Source of the DNA: Polyangiaceae bacterium
GTDB taxonomy: Bacteria; Myxococcota_A; Polyangia; Polyangiales; Polyangiaceae
Assembly (NCBI GenBank): GCA_033763455.1
Contig: JANRKO010000043.1
Location: 1-64,000 of the forward strand
Reading direction: 5' to 3'
DNA length: 64,000 nt
The notes below the pieces were generated by a model that saw only the letters and a list, made by a program, of their open reading frames with translations, had not been told where the DNA came from and searched no databases. Below are positions 17,562-28,417 of the stretch, in pieces. Numbering within the stretch: position 1 is the stretch's first letter; each line of letters begins with the position of its first letter. The position numbers and the translations under genes are program-made.

Positions 17562-18872
17562 ATGGGTATTTTCGATTTCGTAAAATCCGGTGTTGAGCGC
17601 ATGGCGATCGCTCGCCCTGACGCCCAAAAAGAGAAGGTCGTCTTCAAACACCCGGATCAGACGTTCCCATTCTACAGCCAGCTCACCGTTGATAGTGATG
17701 AGGTCTGCCTCTTCTTTAAAGATGGTCGCTTCGTCGGTGCCCTCGCACCAGGGCGCCACACCCTCCAGACCCAAAATATCCCGTTTCTAAATTCGCTCGT
17801 CGATCACCTCACCGGCGGCAATGTTTTTATCTCTGAGTTGTTCTTCGTGACCACTCGGCCCCTGTACAACCAGACGTTTGGGGACAGCATCGGTTCGATG
17901 CGCGATCCCGAACTTGAGATCCGGGTGACTCCGCGGGCGTTTGGGACGTTTTCTTATCGCGTCACAGATCCGGTGCGTTTCGTCACCGAATTCTTAGGTC
18001 AGACCGGTGCGACCGATCCGGACCAAGCGTTGCGTTGGGTGCGCGATCAATTGTTCATGGGGCTCCGCACGACGCTCACCGAGCTCATTCGTTCGGGTAC
18101 GTTGACGTTCATGGACCTCGGTACCGCGGGGCCGGAGGTTGCTCGCTCCGTGGTAAACAATTGCCCGAGCCTCACCCAAGTCGGCGTATCGGTGTTGGAA
18201 ATTGCCAAGCTCAACATCAATTTGCCCGAGGAAGATCAGGCCAGAGTCGATGCCATGCAGGATCAGATCGTGCAGGCGAAGCTGGACGCAAGAAAGGCCA
18301 AGATCGGCATCAGCCAGTCTGAAGCCGAGGCCCAGCAGCGCCAGTTTCAGCTCGATCAGGAGTTCATGAACCGGGCACGTTACATGCAACATCTCGACAT
18401 GAATCGCTATCAACAGTTTGCAGCTGCAGAGGCTATGTTGGGGGCGGGGCAGGGCTTGGCTCAGCCTGGTGGTGGCTCGGAAGTGGCTGCTGCGGGAGCG
18501 GCAATGGGAATTGGTATGGGTATGGGGGCGGCCATCGGGCGGCCCATGATGCCAGGTTATCCGCCTCCAGGTTACCCACCCCCGGGCTACCCAGGCGCGT
18601 ACCCGGGGCCTGGCTATCCGCCGCCTGGTTTCGCACAACCAGGTTATCCGCCTCCAGGTTACCCACCCCCGGGCTATCCCGCAGCTGGTCAATATGCTCC
18701 ACCAGGTTATCCGCCGCAAGCTTCACCGCCCCCCGTCGGAGCGCCTGCCCCAAGTGGGGAGGCTGGCAAGGCTGCGGAGGTGGCAACGGTGCCGTGTCCT
18801 CAGTGTGGGGCTCCCTGTGTCAAGCTCGGCAAGTTCTGTGTTGAGTGCGGAGCTAAGCTGATCCCTGGCTAA
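17562..18872 (+). CDS. SPFH-domain protein with PPPGY repeats and a C-terminal zinc ribbon
   Basis: SQLTV...EV..F.KDG, PGRHTL.T.NIP and RAFG.FS motifs; CPQCG...KFCVECG. Start placed at ATG 17562. Confidence 0.85.
   Translation: MGIFDFVKSGVERMAIARPDAQKEKVVFKHPDQTFPFYSQLTVDSDEVCLFFKDGRFVGALAPGRHTLQTQNIPFLNSLVDHLTGGNVFISELFFVTTRPLYNQTFGDSIGSMRDPELEIRVTPRAFGTFSYRVTDPVRFVTEFLGQTGATDPDQALRWVRDQLFMGLRTTLTELIRSGTLTFMDLGTAGPEVARSVVNNCPSLTQVGVSVLEIAKLNINLPEEDQARVDAMQDQIVQAKLDARKAKIGISQSEAEAQQRQFQLDQEFMNRARYMQHLDMNRYQQFAAAEAMLGAGQGLAQPGGGSEVAAAGAAMGIGMGMGAAIGRPMMPGYPPPGYPPPGYPGAYPGPGYPPPGFAQPGYPPPGYPPPGYPAAGQYAPPGYPPQASPPPVGAPAPSGEAGKAAEVATVPCPQCGAPCVKLGKFCVECGAKLIPG
18552..18676 (+). repeat. Exact 38-bp direct repeat (18552-18589 and 18639-18676) in the PPPGY region
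   Basis: CCAGGTTATCCGCCTCCAGGTTACCCACCCCCGGGCTA occurs twice. Confidence 0.85.
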
Positions 18873-18917
18873 CGCCTACCAACCTAGGACCATTTCGACC
18901 CGGGAAGAGGCCGTGCG

Positions 18918-20354
18918 GTGACGCTCGCGTCTAAGCTTTGCCCACTCTGCAGGCAGCACTTTGCTGTGGATGGGAAGTTTTGCCCATTCGACGGAACCGC
19001 GCTTGAGCCGAGCTCCGAAGCTCCGAGAATTGACGAGCTCAAGGGCTCAGTCATCGACCAGCGTTACCGAGTGGAGAGGCTACTGGGTGAAGGTGGGATG
19101 GGCACCGTCTACGAAGTGCTGCATGTTTCGCTTGGGAGGCGCTTTGCACTAAAAGCATTGCGGCGAGACCTTGCGTTTGAAGCCGAGCTCTGTGCTCGCT
19201 TCCTCCAAGAGGCAAGGGCCGCGGCACACATCGCGCACGCCAACGTTGTGCAGATTACGGATTTTGGGACCTTGCCATCGGGGCAAGCCTACTTCGTCAT
19301 GGAGCTCTTGCAAGGTACGAGCCTCCGGGACCTTATTCGCGCTTTAGGCCCAATTCCACCAACCCAGGCTCTCGACATTATTCGGCAAGTGGCCGAAGCG
19401 CTTGGGGCGGCGCATGCCGCTGGCATCATTCATCGCGATCTTAAGCCAGATAACATTCACGTGGCTCCTCTGCCGCAAGACCGCTGGGCGGTGAAGGTTC
19501 TCGACTTTGGGCTAGCGAAGGTCGCTGGGGCCAGCAAATTGACGAAAAAGGGCATCGTATTTGGGACTCCTCACTACATGAGTCCAGAACAAGCCGCTGG
19601 GGATCCGCTAGATCACCGGGTGGACATCTACTCCCTTGGAGTCGTCCTTTATGAGATGTTTGCGGGGCGTGTGCCATTTGAAGCTGACTCTTTCATGGGG
19701 GTGCTAACCAAGCACATGTACATGCAGCCGATCCCTCCGAGCCAGGTGCTTGGAAGTAGCACTTTGGGAGAGCTTGAGGCCGTGGTGCTCCGTTGTCTTG
19801 AGAAAGATCCGGAAAAACGTTTCGCCGATATGGGTGCACTGCTGGCTGAGTTGGAGCGGATTCGGGAGGTTTGGGCGAGCACAGGGAGTCGGCCCGTAGC
19901 GTCAGTGCCACCGGCTAGCCCGGCAAGTTGGAGAACCCCCAAGTCGACGCGCACGCCGGTGCTTGAGGCCGTTACGCAGGCACTTACCGTTGAGCCCGCC
20001 AAGAAAGCGAGGACGCGAGCACCTGTCGTTGCGATCGTGCTCGGGTTATTGGCGCTCTTGGGGTTGTGGGGTTGGTTTGGGCGCTCGGGATCTTCGGTCG
20101 AAGTCCCACAGCCTTCGGCGGGCAAGCCGATTCCATCAGGCGTTCCGGCCGGCAAGGCGGCTCCGGAGGTGGTCGGAACGGTGCTGACACCGCCACCCCC
20201 ACCACCAGTTACCAAGGGTCAGGAAGCCGCGCCGGCGGCTTCCTCTTCCGGATCCAGGGCTAGGCCTACCTCGCCGGAGTCGAAAGGCGGCAAGCCCTTT
20301 CACAAGAAAGCCCCCTTTGGCGCTGGTGAGCTCGTGGATCCTTGGGCAAGATAA
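18918..20354 (+). CDS. Membrane-anchored Hanks-type Ser/Thr protein kinase
   Basis: GEGGMG, ALK, HRDLKPDN, DFG and GTPHYMSPEQ motifs; N-terminal CP.C...FCP.DG motif; TM helix. Confidence 0.95.
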   Translation: MTLASKLCPLCRQHFAVDGKFCPFDGTALEPSSEAPRIDELKGSVIDQRYRVERLLGEGGMGTVYEVLHVSLGRRFALKALRRDLAFEAELCARFLQEARAAAHIAHANVVQITDFGTLPSGQAYFVMELLQGTSLRDLIRALGPIPPTQALDIIRQVAEALGAAHAAGIIHRDLKPDNIHVAPLPQDRWAVKVLDFGLAKVAGASKLTKKGIVFGTPHYMSPEQAAGDPLDHRVDIYSLGVVLYEMFAGRVPFEADSFMGVLTKHMYMQPIPPSQVLGSSTLGELEAVVLRCLEKDPEKRFADMGALLAELERIREVWASTGSRPVASVPPASPASWRTPKSTRTPVLEAVTQALTVEPAKKARTRAPVVAIVLGLLALLGLWGWFGRSGSSVEVPQPSAGKPIPSGVPAGKAAPEVVGTVLTPPPPPPVTKGQEAAPAASSSGSRARPTSPESKGGKPFHKKAPFGAGELVDPWAR

Positions 20355-20363
20355 CCGGTACCC

Positions 20364-22868
20364 GTGGCAAAAAAGCAACTGCTCCTAGTCGATGCCGATC
20401 CGCGCAGCGTGCGCGTCTTGGAGGTGAGCCTCAAGAAGGTCGGCTTCAGCGTTACGACTGCTAAGAATGCCGCAGATGCACTCGAAAAGGTGGAATTCTC
20501 CACGCCCGATCTCATTCTCACCGACACGCGCCTTCCAGGAATGGATGGCTACGCGTTTGTTAAGAAGCTGAAAGACAATCGGGAGTTGTCAGCGATCCCT
20601 GTGGTGTTTTTGACGAGCGAGAAGGCCATTGAAGATAAAATGCGGGGCCTTGAGCTTGGGGTGGAAGATTACCTGACCAAGCCGATCTTCGTTCGCGAGT
20701 TAATCGCGAGAGTCACGCTGCTGTTGGCCAGGCGCACCCAACAGAGCATGGCGACCACCCTACCGAACAGTCGTCGAACGCGGTTGAGCGGCTCGCTCGC
20801 GGACATGGGCGTGGTAGATTTGCTGCAAACGTTTGAGGTGAGCCGCAAGAGCGGCGTGGCCCGTGTGGCGGATGGGCCACGGGAAGTACGGGTTTATTTC
20901 AGAGATGGGCGCGTGGTGGACGCGGTGATGGGGCGCTTGCGGGGGGAAGAAGCCGTTTACCGGGCGTTGCTGTGGACGGAAGGCACATTCGAGGTTGAGT
21001 TCTGCCCGGTCTCGAATGAAGAGGTCGTGAGCACCTCCACGCAGGGCCTCTTAATGGAAGGGATGCGGCGGGTGGACGAGTGGGGGCGCCTTTCCGAACA
21101 ATTGCCGCCCACCACGGCGGTATTTGAGGTGGCGCACGAGCAGCTTCTAGAGCGCCTCAACGAAATTCCCGATGAGCTGAACGCGATTTTGAAGCTGTTT
21201 GATGGAAAGCGCTCGCTGCTCGATGTTGTGGATGAATCCCCGTTTGAGGATTTGTCCACGCTGCAAACGGTAAGTAAGCTCTTTTTTGAAGGCCTCTTGG
21301 TGGTCAAGCACGATGGGCTTGACCATCTCGCCGGGGATGACGCCGTTGTGCCCACTAGTCACCCCGGTGAAAGCTTGCCGCCGCCCGAACGCCGCTCCCC
21401 ACACGATGAAGTGGTGCCAGCTCGCTTGCCAAGCGAGCCGAAGCTGCCGCTCTCGGCAATTGCCGAGGTTGAGCTCCGGAGCCCAATGCCTCCAGCGGTT
21501 TCGGACCTCCCCTCGGGCCATTGGAGCGAGCCGCCGCCGGGGCCAGCCCGCCCGAGCGATCGTCCGCGAACCGTCCCGGAGTTTGAGCTCGCGGGTGCTG
21601 AAGTTTCCGCATCCAAGGTAACGCTTTACGGCGTGGCCCCACCTGCCAACATTCCTCCAGAGCTTGCCGGTAGTCCCGCTTGGAATGCAGCTGCGGGCGA
21701 ACCGAGTCAGGCTTCGGCTGAGATTTCCTCGGCGGTTTCCGCCGATGAGGCAAGCGAAGCTGCGTTTCAGGAGGCGGTAGGCGGGGTCCGTCGGGGTCTC
21801 ACCAAAACGGTCACGGGCCTTGGGCCTCCACTTCCCGTCGGTTTCCCTGAAGATACAGCGGAGCCTGAGGCGTACGGCGCCGGGCGCGGCTTTGGAGTGA
21901 CACCCGTAGGTCGCTTCAAGCAGGAAGAAGGAAAGGTAATTCCGTTTCCGTCGCGGCGTGACGAAGCCGAGGTAGCGCCATCGATTCCCGATGAGCCATC
22001 GGGTGTTGTCGAAGAAACGCGTATGGCGCGCTTCGAGGGCAGCGTTCCGCCGGTGCGGGAGCTTGCAAGAATCGCGCAGCCCGGCCCCACTTTGCCAGCC
22101 TCACCGGCAGCGCTTCAGACCGCTCGGGATGCGCTCGCAGCGCCTGTGGGCCCTACACTCGGAAGCTCGGAAGCGTCGCGTGGCGTGGAGCCCGACGACC
22201 ATCACGAGTTTTTTCGGGCGGGTGAAGCTGGGCACTATTCGGGTGGGCCGGCATCCTGGAATGGCTCAGCATCCGGCGACGAGTTACTTGCTGAGCCGCC
22301 TGGCCCGCGCGTGGTCCGCACGCCGGAGATGGACCGTCGCCGTGCGCGGAACAAGGCGGTCGTGGTCTTGATTCTTGGGATGTTGGTGTCCATCAGCGCC
22401 GTTTCGATGTGGCGGCTCCTGAGTCGGCCATCTCCGCTAGCTCTCACGCCCAACACTGCAACTGAGGCACAGCCGAAGCCTGTAGTGGTGGCTTCACAGG
22501 CTCCCGTTGCAGAGCAGATCCCAAAAGCGGCCGTCGACGCAGTTGCTGAGCCTCCGCAAGTTGCCGCAACCTCGGTCGCACCCGAAGCAACCGCACCGTC
22601 AGGCGTTGCGCCCGCTGTGTCTCCACCAGTTCAGGTGGCGGCCCCTGCAGACACTGCGCCAGCCGTGCCGGCCATTCCCGCCGTCGCAGCACCGGAGCCC
22701 GTTCGTGCGCCGAAGCCTGCGCCGACGGTCGTTGCGCCGCGCGCGTCGCGTCCCAAGCCCGCCCCCGCTCCGCGCAGTCGGCGCCCAGAGCCCGCGCCTG
22801 CACGCACGCCACTCCCGTCGCTACCCTCCAATTCGAAGCCGCCCACAGCCTCGTTCCCGGTTCAGTAG
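20364..22868 (+). CDS. Response regulator with a DUF4388-like domain, long Pro-rich region and C-terminal TM helix
   Basis: Receiver domain (LLVD, LILTD..LP.MDG, KP), then LSGSL.D..VVDLLQ....RKSG...[10 protein letters not shown]. Confidence 0.85.
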   Translation: MAKKQLLLVDADPRSVRVLEVSLKKVGFSVTTAKNAADALEKVEFSTPDLILTDTRLPGMDGYAFVKKLKDNRELSAIPVVFLTSEKAIEDKMRGLELGVEDYLTKPIFVRELIARVTLLLARRTQQSMATTLPNSRRTRLSGSLADMGVVDLLQTFEVSRKSGVARVADGPREVRVYFRDGRVVDAVMGRLRGEEAVYRALLWTEGTFEVEFCPVSNEEVVSTSTQGLLMEGMRRVDEWGRLSEQLPPTTAVFEVAHEQLLERLNEIPDELNAILKLFDGKRSLLDVVDESPFEDLSTLQTVSKLFFEGLLVVKHDGLDHLAGDDAVVPTSHPGESLPPPERRSPHDEVVPARLPSEPKLPLSAIAEVELRSPMPPAVSDLPSGHWSEPPPGPARPSDRPRTVPEFELAGAEVSASKVTLYGVAPPANIPPELAGSPAWNAAAGEPSQASAEISSAVSADEASEAAFQEAVGGVRRGLTKTVTGLGPPLPVGFPEDTAEPEAYGAGRGFGVTPVGRFKQEEGKVIPFPSRRDEAEVAPSIPDEPSGVVEETRMARFEGSVPPVRELARIAQPGPTLPASPAALQTARDALAAPVGPTLGSSEASRGVEPDDHHEFFRAGEAGHYSGGPASWNGSASGDELLAEPPGPRVVRTPEMDRRRARNKAVVVLILGMLVSISAVSMWRLLSRPSPLALTPNTATEAQPKPVVVASQAPVAEQIPKAAVDAVAEPPQVAATSVAPEATAPSGVAPAVSPPVQVAAPADTAPAVPAIPAVAAPEPVRAPKPAPTVVAPRASRPKPAPAPRSRRPEPAPARTPLPSLPSNSKPPTASFPVQ

Positions 22869-23695
22869 GGTTTGGGTGCCGTAAATTCGCGGAGCATGCT
22901 CGCTAGCGCTTCCGGCTGCTCTTCTTGAGGGCAGTGCCCAGCATCCAGCAGCCGCAAGCCTGCTCCATGAAGTTGCCTAGCGAGACGCTGCCCCAGCTCG
23001 CACGGGTAGACTCGATCAGCACGGCCCCAGACGATCAACGTGGGCGCCACAATGCGGGCCAAATCCGCCACAGTGGGGCGTGTGTCGACGGTTCTTCGCA
23101 ACGTGGCGAGCGTTGAACCCCGAGCTGCCGGAGAATTGAAAGCGTCGTAGTAGGCGTCGGCGCGAGCCGTATCGGCCTTGGCGTGCGGGCCGAGGAGTAG
23201 ATCTTGGTAGAGGGTACGGAATGAAGCGCGCCCCAAGAGCTGTTTGAACAATAGGCCTCCCACGAATGGGAGGCGACCCAGTGTGCGGTAGATATCCGGG
23301 GAGGCCGGATAACAGTGTGGTGCCAGAAGCGTTAACGACGATACCAACTCGGGGTGCTTTGCCGCCAACCGTAACGCAATGGCACCGCCTAAGCCATGAC
23401 CGACCACTGCTGCACGGCCGAGGTCAAGCCCACCGTAGAGATCGCACACGACCTCCGTGAAAGCATCCACGGTGTATTCGAAGCGCCCCAGCGGTGGCTT
23501 TTCGCTTTCGCCAAAGCCAGGGAGATCCACGGCCACCACACGACGTTCGGGGCCGAGATGGGTCATCACACCATCCCAGGTTCGGCTGTCCTGCAGTAAC
23601 CCGTGGATAAATAAGATCACCGGGCCGGACCCACCTTCGGTAACGCGCAGGCGAGTGCTCTGGACGGTTACGTCGCGGTGCAGCCAGGTCGCCAT
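22862..23695 (-). CDS. Alpha/beta hydrolase fold protein
   Basis: [26 protein letters not shown] and GHCPQEE motifs. Start placed at ATG 23695 (ORF track extends to 23848). Confidence 0.85.
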   Translation of the reverse strand: MATWLHRDVTVQSTRLRVTEGGSGPVILFIHGLLQDSRTWDGVMTHLGPERRVVAVDLPGFGESEKPPLGRFEYTVDAFTEVVCDLYGGLDLGRAAVVGHGLGGAIALRLAAKHPELVSSLTLLAPHCYPASPDIYRTLGRLPFVGGLLFKQLLGRASFRTLYQDLLLGPHAKADTARADAYYDAFNSPAARGSTLATLRRTVDTRPTVADLARIVAPTLIVWGRADRVYPCELGQRLARQLHGAGLRLLDAGHCPQEEQPEALASMLREFTAPKPY

Positions 23696-23842
23696 GCCGG
23701 GCGCGACTCTAGCACCCGCTGCTGCCCGGGTAACCCGGCCCGCGATCCTAAGAAGGCTCGATGGTGGCCCCACCGTGAGGCCCTCCGAAAAGCCGCGGAC
23801 ACCATGGACGGTGGATGAGCTCCATGGACGATTCCTTAGAGC

Positions 23843-23857
23843 TGACATAAAATGTCA
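23843..23857. promoter_or_regulatory. Inverted repeat TGACA-N5-TGTCA, candidate activator site
   Basis: TGACATAAAATGTCA in a divergent intergenic region; same architecture as 46243-46259. Confidence 0.35.
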
Positions 23858-24000
23858 CACCACACTGTCCATCCGCGAAGAAGCGCGCTCTTTACGTTTC
23901 CTCCCAAATTTTCCTATCGAAACAGTTTTGAGCGATCCACTGAGTAGAATATATTGACGCTTACCTTTTCCGGACCCTTTCGTGCCGGAGCAAGCTGGCT

Positions 24001-24513
24001 TTGATGCTGAGTGACGCGCTCCTCCTACAGATAGAACAGAAGTTCCCTTCGGGCATGAGTTCGTCAGAGATCCTGGACGCGTTTGCTACTCACGGGGTGC
24101 AGTTGAGCGAAGCCACGCTGCGGAAGTATGTGCAGCTTGGCCTTTTACCGCGCAGCACGCGGGTGGGTCAAAAGGGGAAACACCAAGGTTCTAAGGGGAT
24201 TTATCCGGTGGGTGTGGTTCGCCAGATCGTGCGGATCAAGCAGATGATGGCCGAGAGCTACACCATCGAGCAGATCCAACGCGAGTTCCTGTTCATGCGC
24301 GGCGAGCTTGAGCAGCTTTCAGTGACGCTGGAAAGTGTGTTCGGCAAGCTGGATGGCGTGGTGCGGGAGAGGCGTGAGGAATCCGCTGTTCGGATTGTGG
24401 CCAGAGAAGTGGGTGAGGCCAAGTCGATTAGCAAAGATCTGATGTTGCGGCTGTCGGCCATTGAGAAGCGACTGACGTCGCGGACCAATGTTCAGTCGGT
24501 TGCAGTTTCTTGA
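24001..24513 (+). CDS. MerR-like HTH transcriptional regulator
   Basis: SEATLRKYVQLGLLP HTH; IVRIKQMMAESYTIEQI followed by a coiled coil. Confidence 0.75.
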   Translation: MMLSDALLLQIEQKFPSGMSSSEILDAFATHGVQLSEATLRKYVQLGLLPRSTRVGQKGKHQGSKGIYPVGVVRQIVRIKQMMAESYTIEQIQREFLFMRGELEQLSVTLESVFGKLDGVVRERREESAVRIVAREVGEAKSISKDLMLRLSAIEKRLTSRTNVQSVAVS

Positions 24514-24552
24514 CGTAAGAGTGCGGGCGTAGGCGACGTGGAAGAGGCAGTT

Positions 24553-25155
24553 ATGGACGAGAATCAAAGCGTGATGGTGGTACGAAATGTAGATAATGGC
24601 AGCGCAGCGCTTGCCTTAGAGCCGAAGCCCATCACGCGCGAACAGCGGCGTTCGCGACGAAAGCGCGACGTGCGCGCTCGCACCATCAGCGTTAAGCGCA
24701 TGACGAAGCGAGAGCTTGAGATCGGGCGCTTGCTCTATCCAGAGGCCGAATTCCAACGCCCGAAGACTCGCGAAGAGTGCGCCGGCGGCCCTCGCCCCTG
24801 CCCATTTGTTTCCTGCAAGCATCATCTTTACATCGACGTTTCGGCCCGAACAGGGGCCATTAAATTGAATTTTCCGGATTTGGAGGTTTGGGAAATGGGC
24901 GAATCTTGCGCACTAGATATTGCTGATAGAGGGGGCACCACGCTCGAAGATGTGGGCGCCATCATGAACCTCACTCGCGAACGCATCCGGCAGGTTGAAG
25001 TAAAAGCGCTCGCCAAGCTCGAAGCTTTGCAGGATATGTTGGCATTGCGTGATTACGTAGACGAAGGTCCCGTAGGCAAACGCCGCCTTCCGCGCCTCAC
25101 TCCCGCAGATTTAGATCTCAGCCACGCCGACGAAGCTGAAGAAGCCACGGCGTGA
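24553..25155 (+). CDS. Sigma-70 region-4-like DNA-binding protein with a Cys/His cluster
   Basis: [42 protein letters not shown]; no sigma region 2. Confidence 0.8.
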   Translation: MDENQSVMVVRNVDNGSAALALEPKPITREQRRSRRKRDVRARTISVKRMTKRELEIGRLLYPEAEFQRPKTREECAGGPRPCPFVSCKHHLYIDVSARTGAIKLNFPDLEVWEMGESCALDIADRGGTTLEDVGAIMNLTRERIRQVEVKALAKLEALQDMLALRDYVDEGPVGKRRLPRLTPADLDLSHADEAEEATA

Positions 25156-25187
25156 GAATCCTTTCCTAGCAGCTGTCCGCCCTCCAT

Positions 25188-25227
25188 TCGAACGGCACAC
25201 TCACCCGGGTGTGCCGTTCGAGTTTTG
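25188..25227 (+). terminator. Intrinsic terminator hairpin between convergent genes
   Basis: TCGAACGGCACAC-8 nt loop-GTGTGCCGTTCGA followed by GTTTTG. Confidence 0.75.
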
Positions 25228-25249
25228 TGGGGGTGGGAACGTGAAGGAG

Positions 25250-26365
25250 CTAGCCGCGAAGCTGAGCGAGGGTGCGTAGGAAATTGGCTCCCAGGATCTT
25301 TTGTAGACGCTCTGGCGTATGGCCGCGCATCAGCAGCTCATCTATCAGTAGCGGCAGCTCTAAGCATGTTCTGAAATCTTTGGGTGTAATGATGGCGCCG
25401 TCCCAGTCGCTGCCCAAGGCTACGTGATCTTCGCCGGCTACATTCACGGCGTGTTCGATGTGATCCGCTACCGTTTTCACGTTAACGCTAGAGACGGGCC
25501 GGCCGAGGTACGGGGCGTGATACATGATACCCACTACGCCGCCAGTATCGGCGATTGCGCGCAATTGGGCATCGTCTAGATTGCGCCAATGCGGGTAAAC
25601 TCCGCTCACACCGGTATGCGTCACGAGCACCGGGTGTTCTTTGTTGTGAACTTGTAGTGCTTTCCAGAATGCAGTGGGGTGAATGTGCGCCAGATCAAGG
25701 AAGATCTTGGCGGCATCAAGTGCCTGGATAAAATCTGCGCCTTTTACGCCTAAGCCTTCGGGGGTAGGGAAGGGGTGGGCGGTGCTCGTGGCTCCGATGT
25801 GTGAAGGCGTAAGATGCACGAGCGTTACGCGTAGGAGCAGCCCATAGGGGATGCGCTCAATTGCGCGGACATCGTGGTCAAGCGCGTTGCCTCCCTGCAC
25901 ACCGAAGAAAACCGCGTGGCGCCCCGAAGCGCGCGCAGCTTTGAATTCGCTCGCTGTTCTAACTACCGAAAAGTGCGCGGCGTGCGCCTCGAACTTTGCC
26001 GAAAGCTCGCGCAAATTCTCGAAGAAGGCCTCTTCGCGTTCGGCGCTATCACGCAAAGGATTGGTGGTAATGACCCACGTCGTGCCGGTGATGCCAGCCT
26101 CGAGGAGTCGCGGCAAATCAACCTGCCCAAAAAAACGCGCGTCGAGTACGCCGCGTGTATGGCGCTGTTCGATGCGGTAACCGAACAAGCGTTGCCAGAT
26201 GAAGCTGTCGATATGGAGATCGATGACTTCGCTTTGGGTGTAGATTTCGGCCGCTTCGTTCGAAATGCGGAACCTTTTTGCAAAGGCCTTCGCATCACCG
26301 CGGTAGTCGACGAAGTCCAGCATATTCGGCGAGAGAGTGCGGGTTGGCTTCCAGGCTGCCCGCAC
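25250..26365 (-). CDS. Membrane dipeptidase (peptidase M19, amidohydrolase fold)
   Basis: IDLHID, DLAH, THT, RNLDD.Q..AIA..GGVVG, DHI.H and LGSDWDG motifs. Alternative start at 26323. Confidence 0.88.
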   Translation of the reverse strand: MRAAWKPTRTLSPNMLDFVDYRGDAKAFAKRFRISNEAAEIYTQSEVIDLHIDSFIWQRLFGYRIEQRHTRGVLDARFFGQVDLPRLLEAGITGTTWVITTNPLRDSAEREEAFFENLRELSAKFEAHAAHFSVVRTASEFKAARASGRHAVFFGVQGGNALDHDVRAIERIPYGLLLRVTLVHLTPSHIGATSTAHPFPTPEGLGVKGADFIQALDAAKIFLDLAHIHPTAFWKALQVHNKEHPVLVTHTGVSGVYPHWRNLDDAQLRAIADTGGVVGIMYHAPYLGRPVSSVNVKTVADHIEHAVNVAGEDHVALGSDWDGAIITPKDFRTCLELPLLIDELLMRGHTPERLQKILGANFLRTLAQLRG

Positions 26366-26394
26366 TCTCCCCCTTTTGGGGACACGCCCCGGGC

Positions 26395-26691
26395 TTAGAG
26401 ACCCTTGGGAACCGTGTCGAGATCGACCGCACCGAGCGCGTAACGAATGAGCGCACTGCGGTTGGCTTTGGTGAGACCACGCGATTTAAGCGTGTCCACC
26501 ATGGTATCGAGACGATTGAGATCATCGGTATACATTGAAATACAGATAACCTTGTAGTGCGTTGGCTTGTCGCCGCGGCTATCGTTCGTGTCCACACGGG
26601 AGCTTTGGGCTCCTGCGGAAGCAAAGAATTCGGATGAAACGGCTGCGTCGTCGGTCAGGATCTTAGCTGTGGCTTGTTCATCTCTAGTCAT
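26395..26691 (-). CDS. Small ribbon-helix-helix-like protein
   Basis: [16 protein letters not shown]......[10 protein letters not shown] gives a strand-helix-helix pattern. Confidence 0.6.
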   Translation of the reverse strand: MTRDEQATAKILTDDAAVSSEFFASAGAQSSRVDTNDSRGDKPTHYKVICISMYTDDLNRLDTMVDTLKSRGLTKANRSALIRYALGAVDLDTVPKGL

Positions 26692-26854
26692 CCCGCACCT
26701 CGTTTTCTGGGATGGGCGGCGCGCTTACTGCGCCGGGTGTGGAATTGGTTACGGAAGCGCTACGCCTCCCGGAATCTCATCTTTTCAAGGCCTTGGCCAA
26801 GTTTCGGCGCACAGTTTGTGGTGAGGCCGGCTGCTTTTCAATAAGCGAGGCGGG

Positions 26855-28411
26855 TCAGTGCCTGAAATGCCGCACGGAAGTGAAGATCATGGTCGCGCCC
26901 AGGGCGTCCGCTGCCGCGATGACCTCGTCGTCCTTCTTGCTGCCACCTGGTTGAACGAAGGCGCGGACCCCGGCTTTGGCCGCTGCTTCTAGGCCGTCAG
27001 GGAACGGGAAGAAGGCGTCGGAACCCAGGGCAGCGCCCTCGGCTTTGCTGCCGGCTCGGGTGCAAGCTTGCTCGACTGCAGTGACGCGTGCCGTTTGGCC
27101 GCCACCGATGCCCACCGTTACGAAGCCGTCCCCGCTCGGTTGAGCGAGGACGATGGCATTGCTCTTCACGTGTTTGGTCACCAGCCATGCAAACTCCATC
27201 GCTTCCAATTCTTGGGCGGTGGGCTGGCGTCGCGTGACGATCTTGCCTCCGCGTACTTCCCCGGGCCCGGTGGCATCGCGAGATTGCAGGACAAAGCCAC
27301 CGCCAATGCGCTTGGCGACCATGGCGGGGACATCCGGCGCGAGCCAAACACCAGTTTTCAGCAGCCGAAGGGCTTTCTTCTCGCGCAGCTTGGCGAGCGC
27401 TCCTGGCAGGAAATCTGGAGCGATCACGCATTCTAGGAAGGTCTCCCCGAGCAGCTCGGCTGTTGCTTCGTCTACCGGGCGGTTGAGAGCTACGATGCCG
27501 CCAAAAGCGCTCATCGCATCGGCTTCGCGCGCGGCGTGATACGCGGCCCGGAGTGTGGGGGCAGTGGCGACGCCACACGGGCTTGCATGTTTGATGATGA
27601 CCGCGGCCGGTGCGCTAAATTCGCGAACTGCCTCAAGGGCCGCGTCGGCATCTACCAGGTTGTTGAAGCTGAGCTCACGGGCTCCGGTGCCCAGGCTTTC
27701 GGCGCGTGCGAGGCTGCCTTCGGGTGCGTTGCGGTCCCGGAAAAAAGCGGCTTTTTGATGCGGATTTTCGCCATAACGCAGGCCGTAAGATTTCTCGAGT
27801 ACGAGCGACAGTTGACGTGGATAACCGTCCTCTTCACCGAGAGCGTTAAACCAAGCGCCAATCGCTGCGTCATAAGCGGCGGTATGCGCGAAAACTTTCG
27901 CCGCCAACAAGCGTCGGCGTTCGGGGCTCACTGCGCCGGTCGCTTCAATTTCCTGCAACGCGGCACTGTAATCTTTGGGATCACACAGCACGGTCACGCG
28001 AGCGTGATTCTTGGCCGCAGAACGCAGCATGCTGGGCCCGCCAATGTCGATGTTTTCGATCAATTCGTCAAACGAAGCATCGGCTTTCTTGAGTGTCTCT
28101 TCAAAGGGGTACAAATTGACGACCACCAGGTCGATGGGCTTGGCGCCGATGCGTTCAAGATCTTGGTCGTCCACTCCATTGCGAGCCAAGAGGCCGCCGT
28201 GAACCCGCGGGTGCAGAGTTTTTACTCGGCCGTCCATTACCTCCGGGGAGCCCGTGTACGCTTCCACCGTTTCCACCGGGATCCCAGCCTGTTGGAGCGC
28301 CTTGTACGTGCCTCCCGTTGAAAGTAGGGCGACACCGCGGGCCGAAAGGGCCCGGGCGAAGTCTACGAGGCCAGTTTTATCGGATACGGACAAGAGGGCG
28401 CGACGGATCAT
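26855..28411 (-). CDS. purH: Bifunctional AICAR formyltransferase/IMP cyclohydrolase
   Basis: ALLSVSDKTG, GRVKTLHP, IDIGGP, LRYGENPHQ, SDAFFPF and RHFRH motifs. Confidence 0.98.
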   Translation of the reverse strand: MIRRALLSVSDKTGLVDFARALSARGVALLSTGGTYKALQQAGIPVETVEAYTGSPEVMDGRVKTLHPRVHGGLLARNGVDDQDLERIGAKPIDLVVVNLYPFEETLKKADASFDELIENIDIGGPSMLRSAAKNHARVTVLCDPKDYSAALQEIEATGAVSPERRRLLAAKVFAHTAAYDAAIGAWFNALGEEDGYPRQLSLVLEKSYGLRYGENPHQKAAFFRDRNAPEGSLARAESLGTGARELSFNNLVDADAALEAVREFSAPAAVIIKHASPCGVATAPTLRAAYHAAREADAMSAFGGIVALNRPVDEATAELLGETFLECVIAPDFLPGALAKLREKKALRLLKTGVWLAPDVPAMVAKRIGGGFVLQSRDATGPGEVRGGKIVTRRQPTAQELEAMEFAWLVTKHVKSNAIVLAQPSGDGFVTVGIGGGQTARVTAVEQACTRAGSKAEGAALGSDAFFPFPDGLEAAAKAGVRAFVQPGGSKKDDEVIAAADALGATMIFTSVRHFRH

Positions 28412-28417
28412 GGGGTG

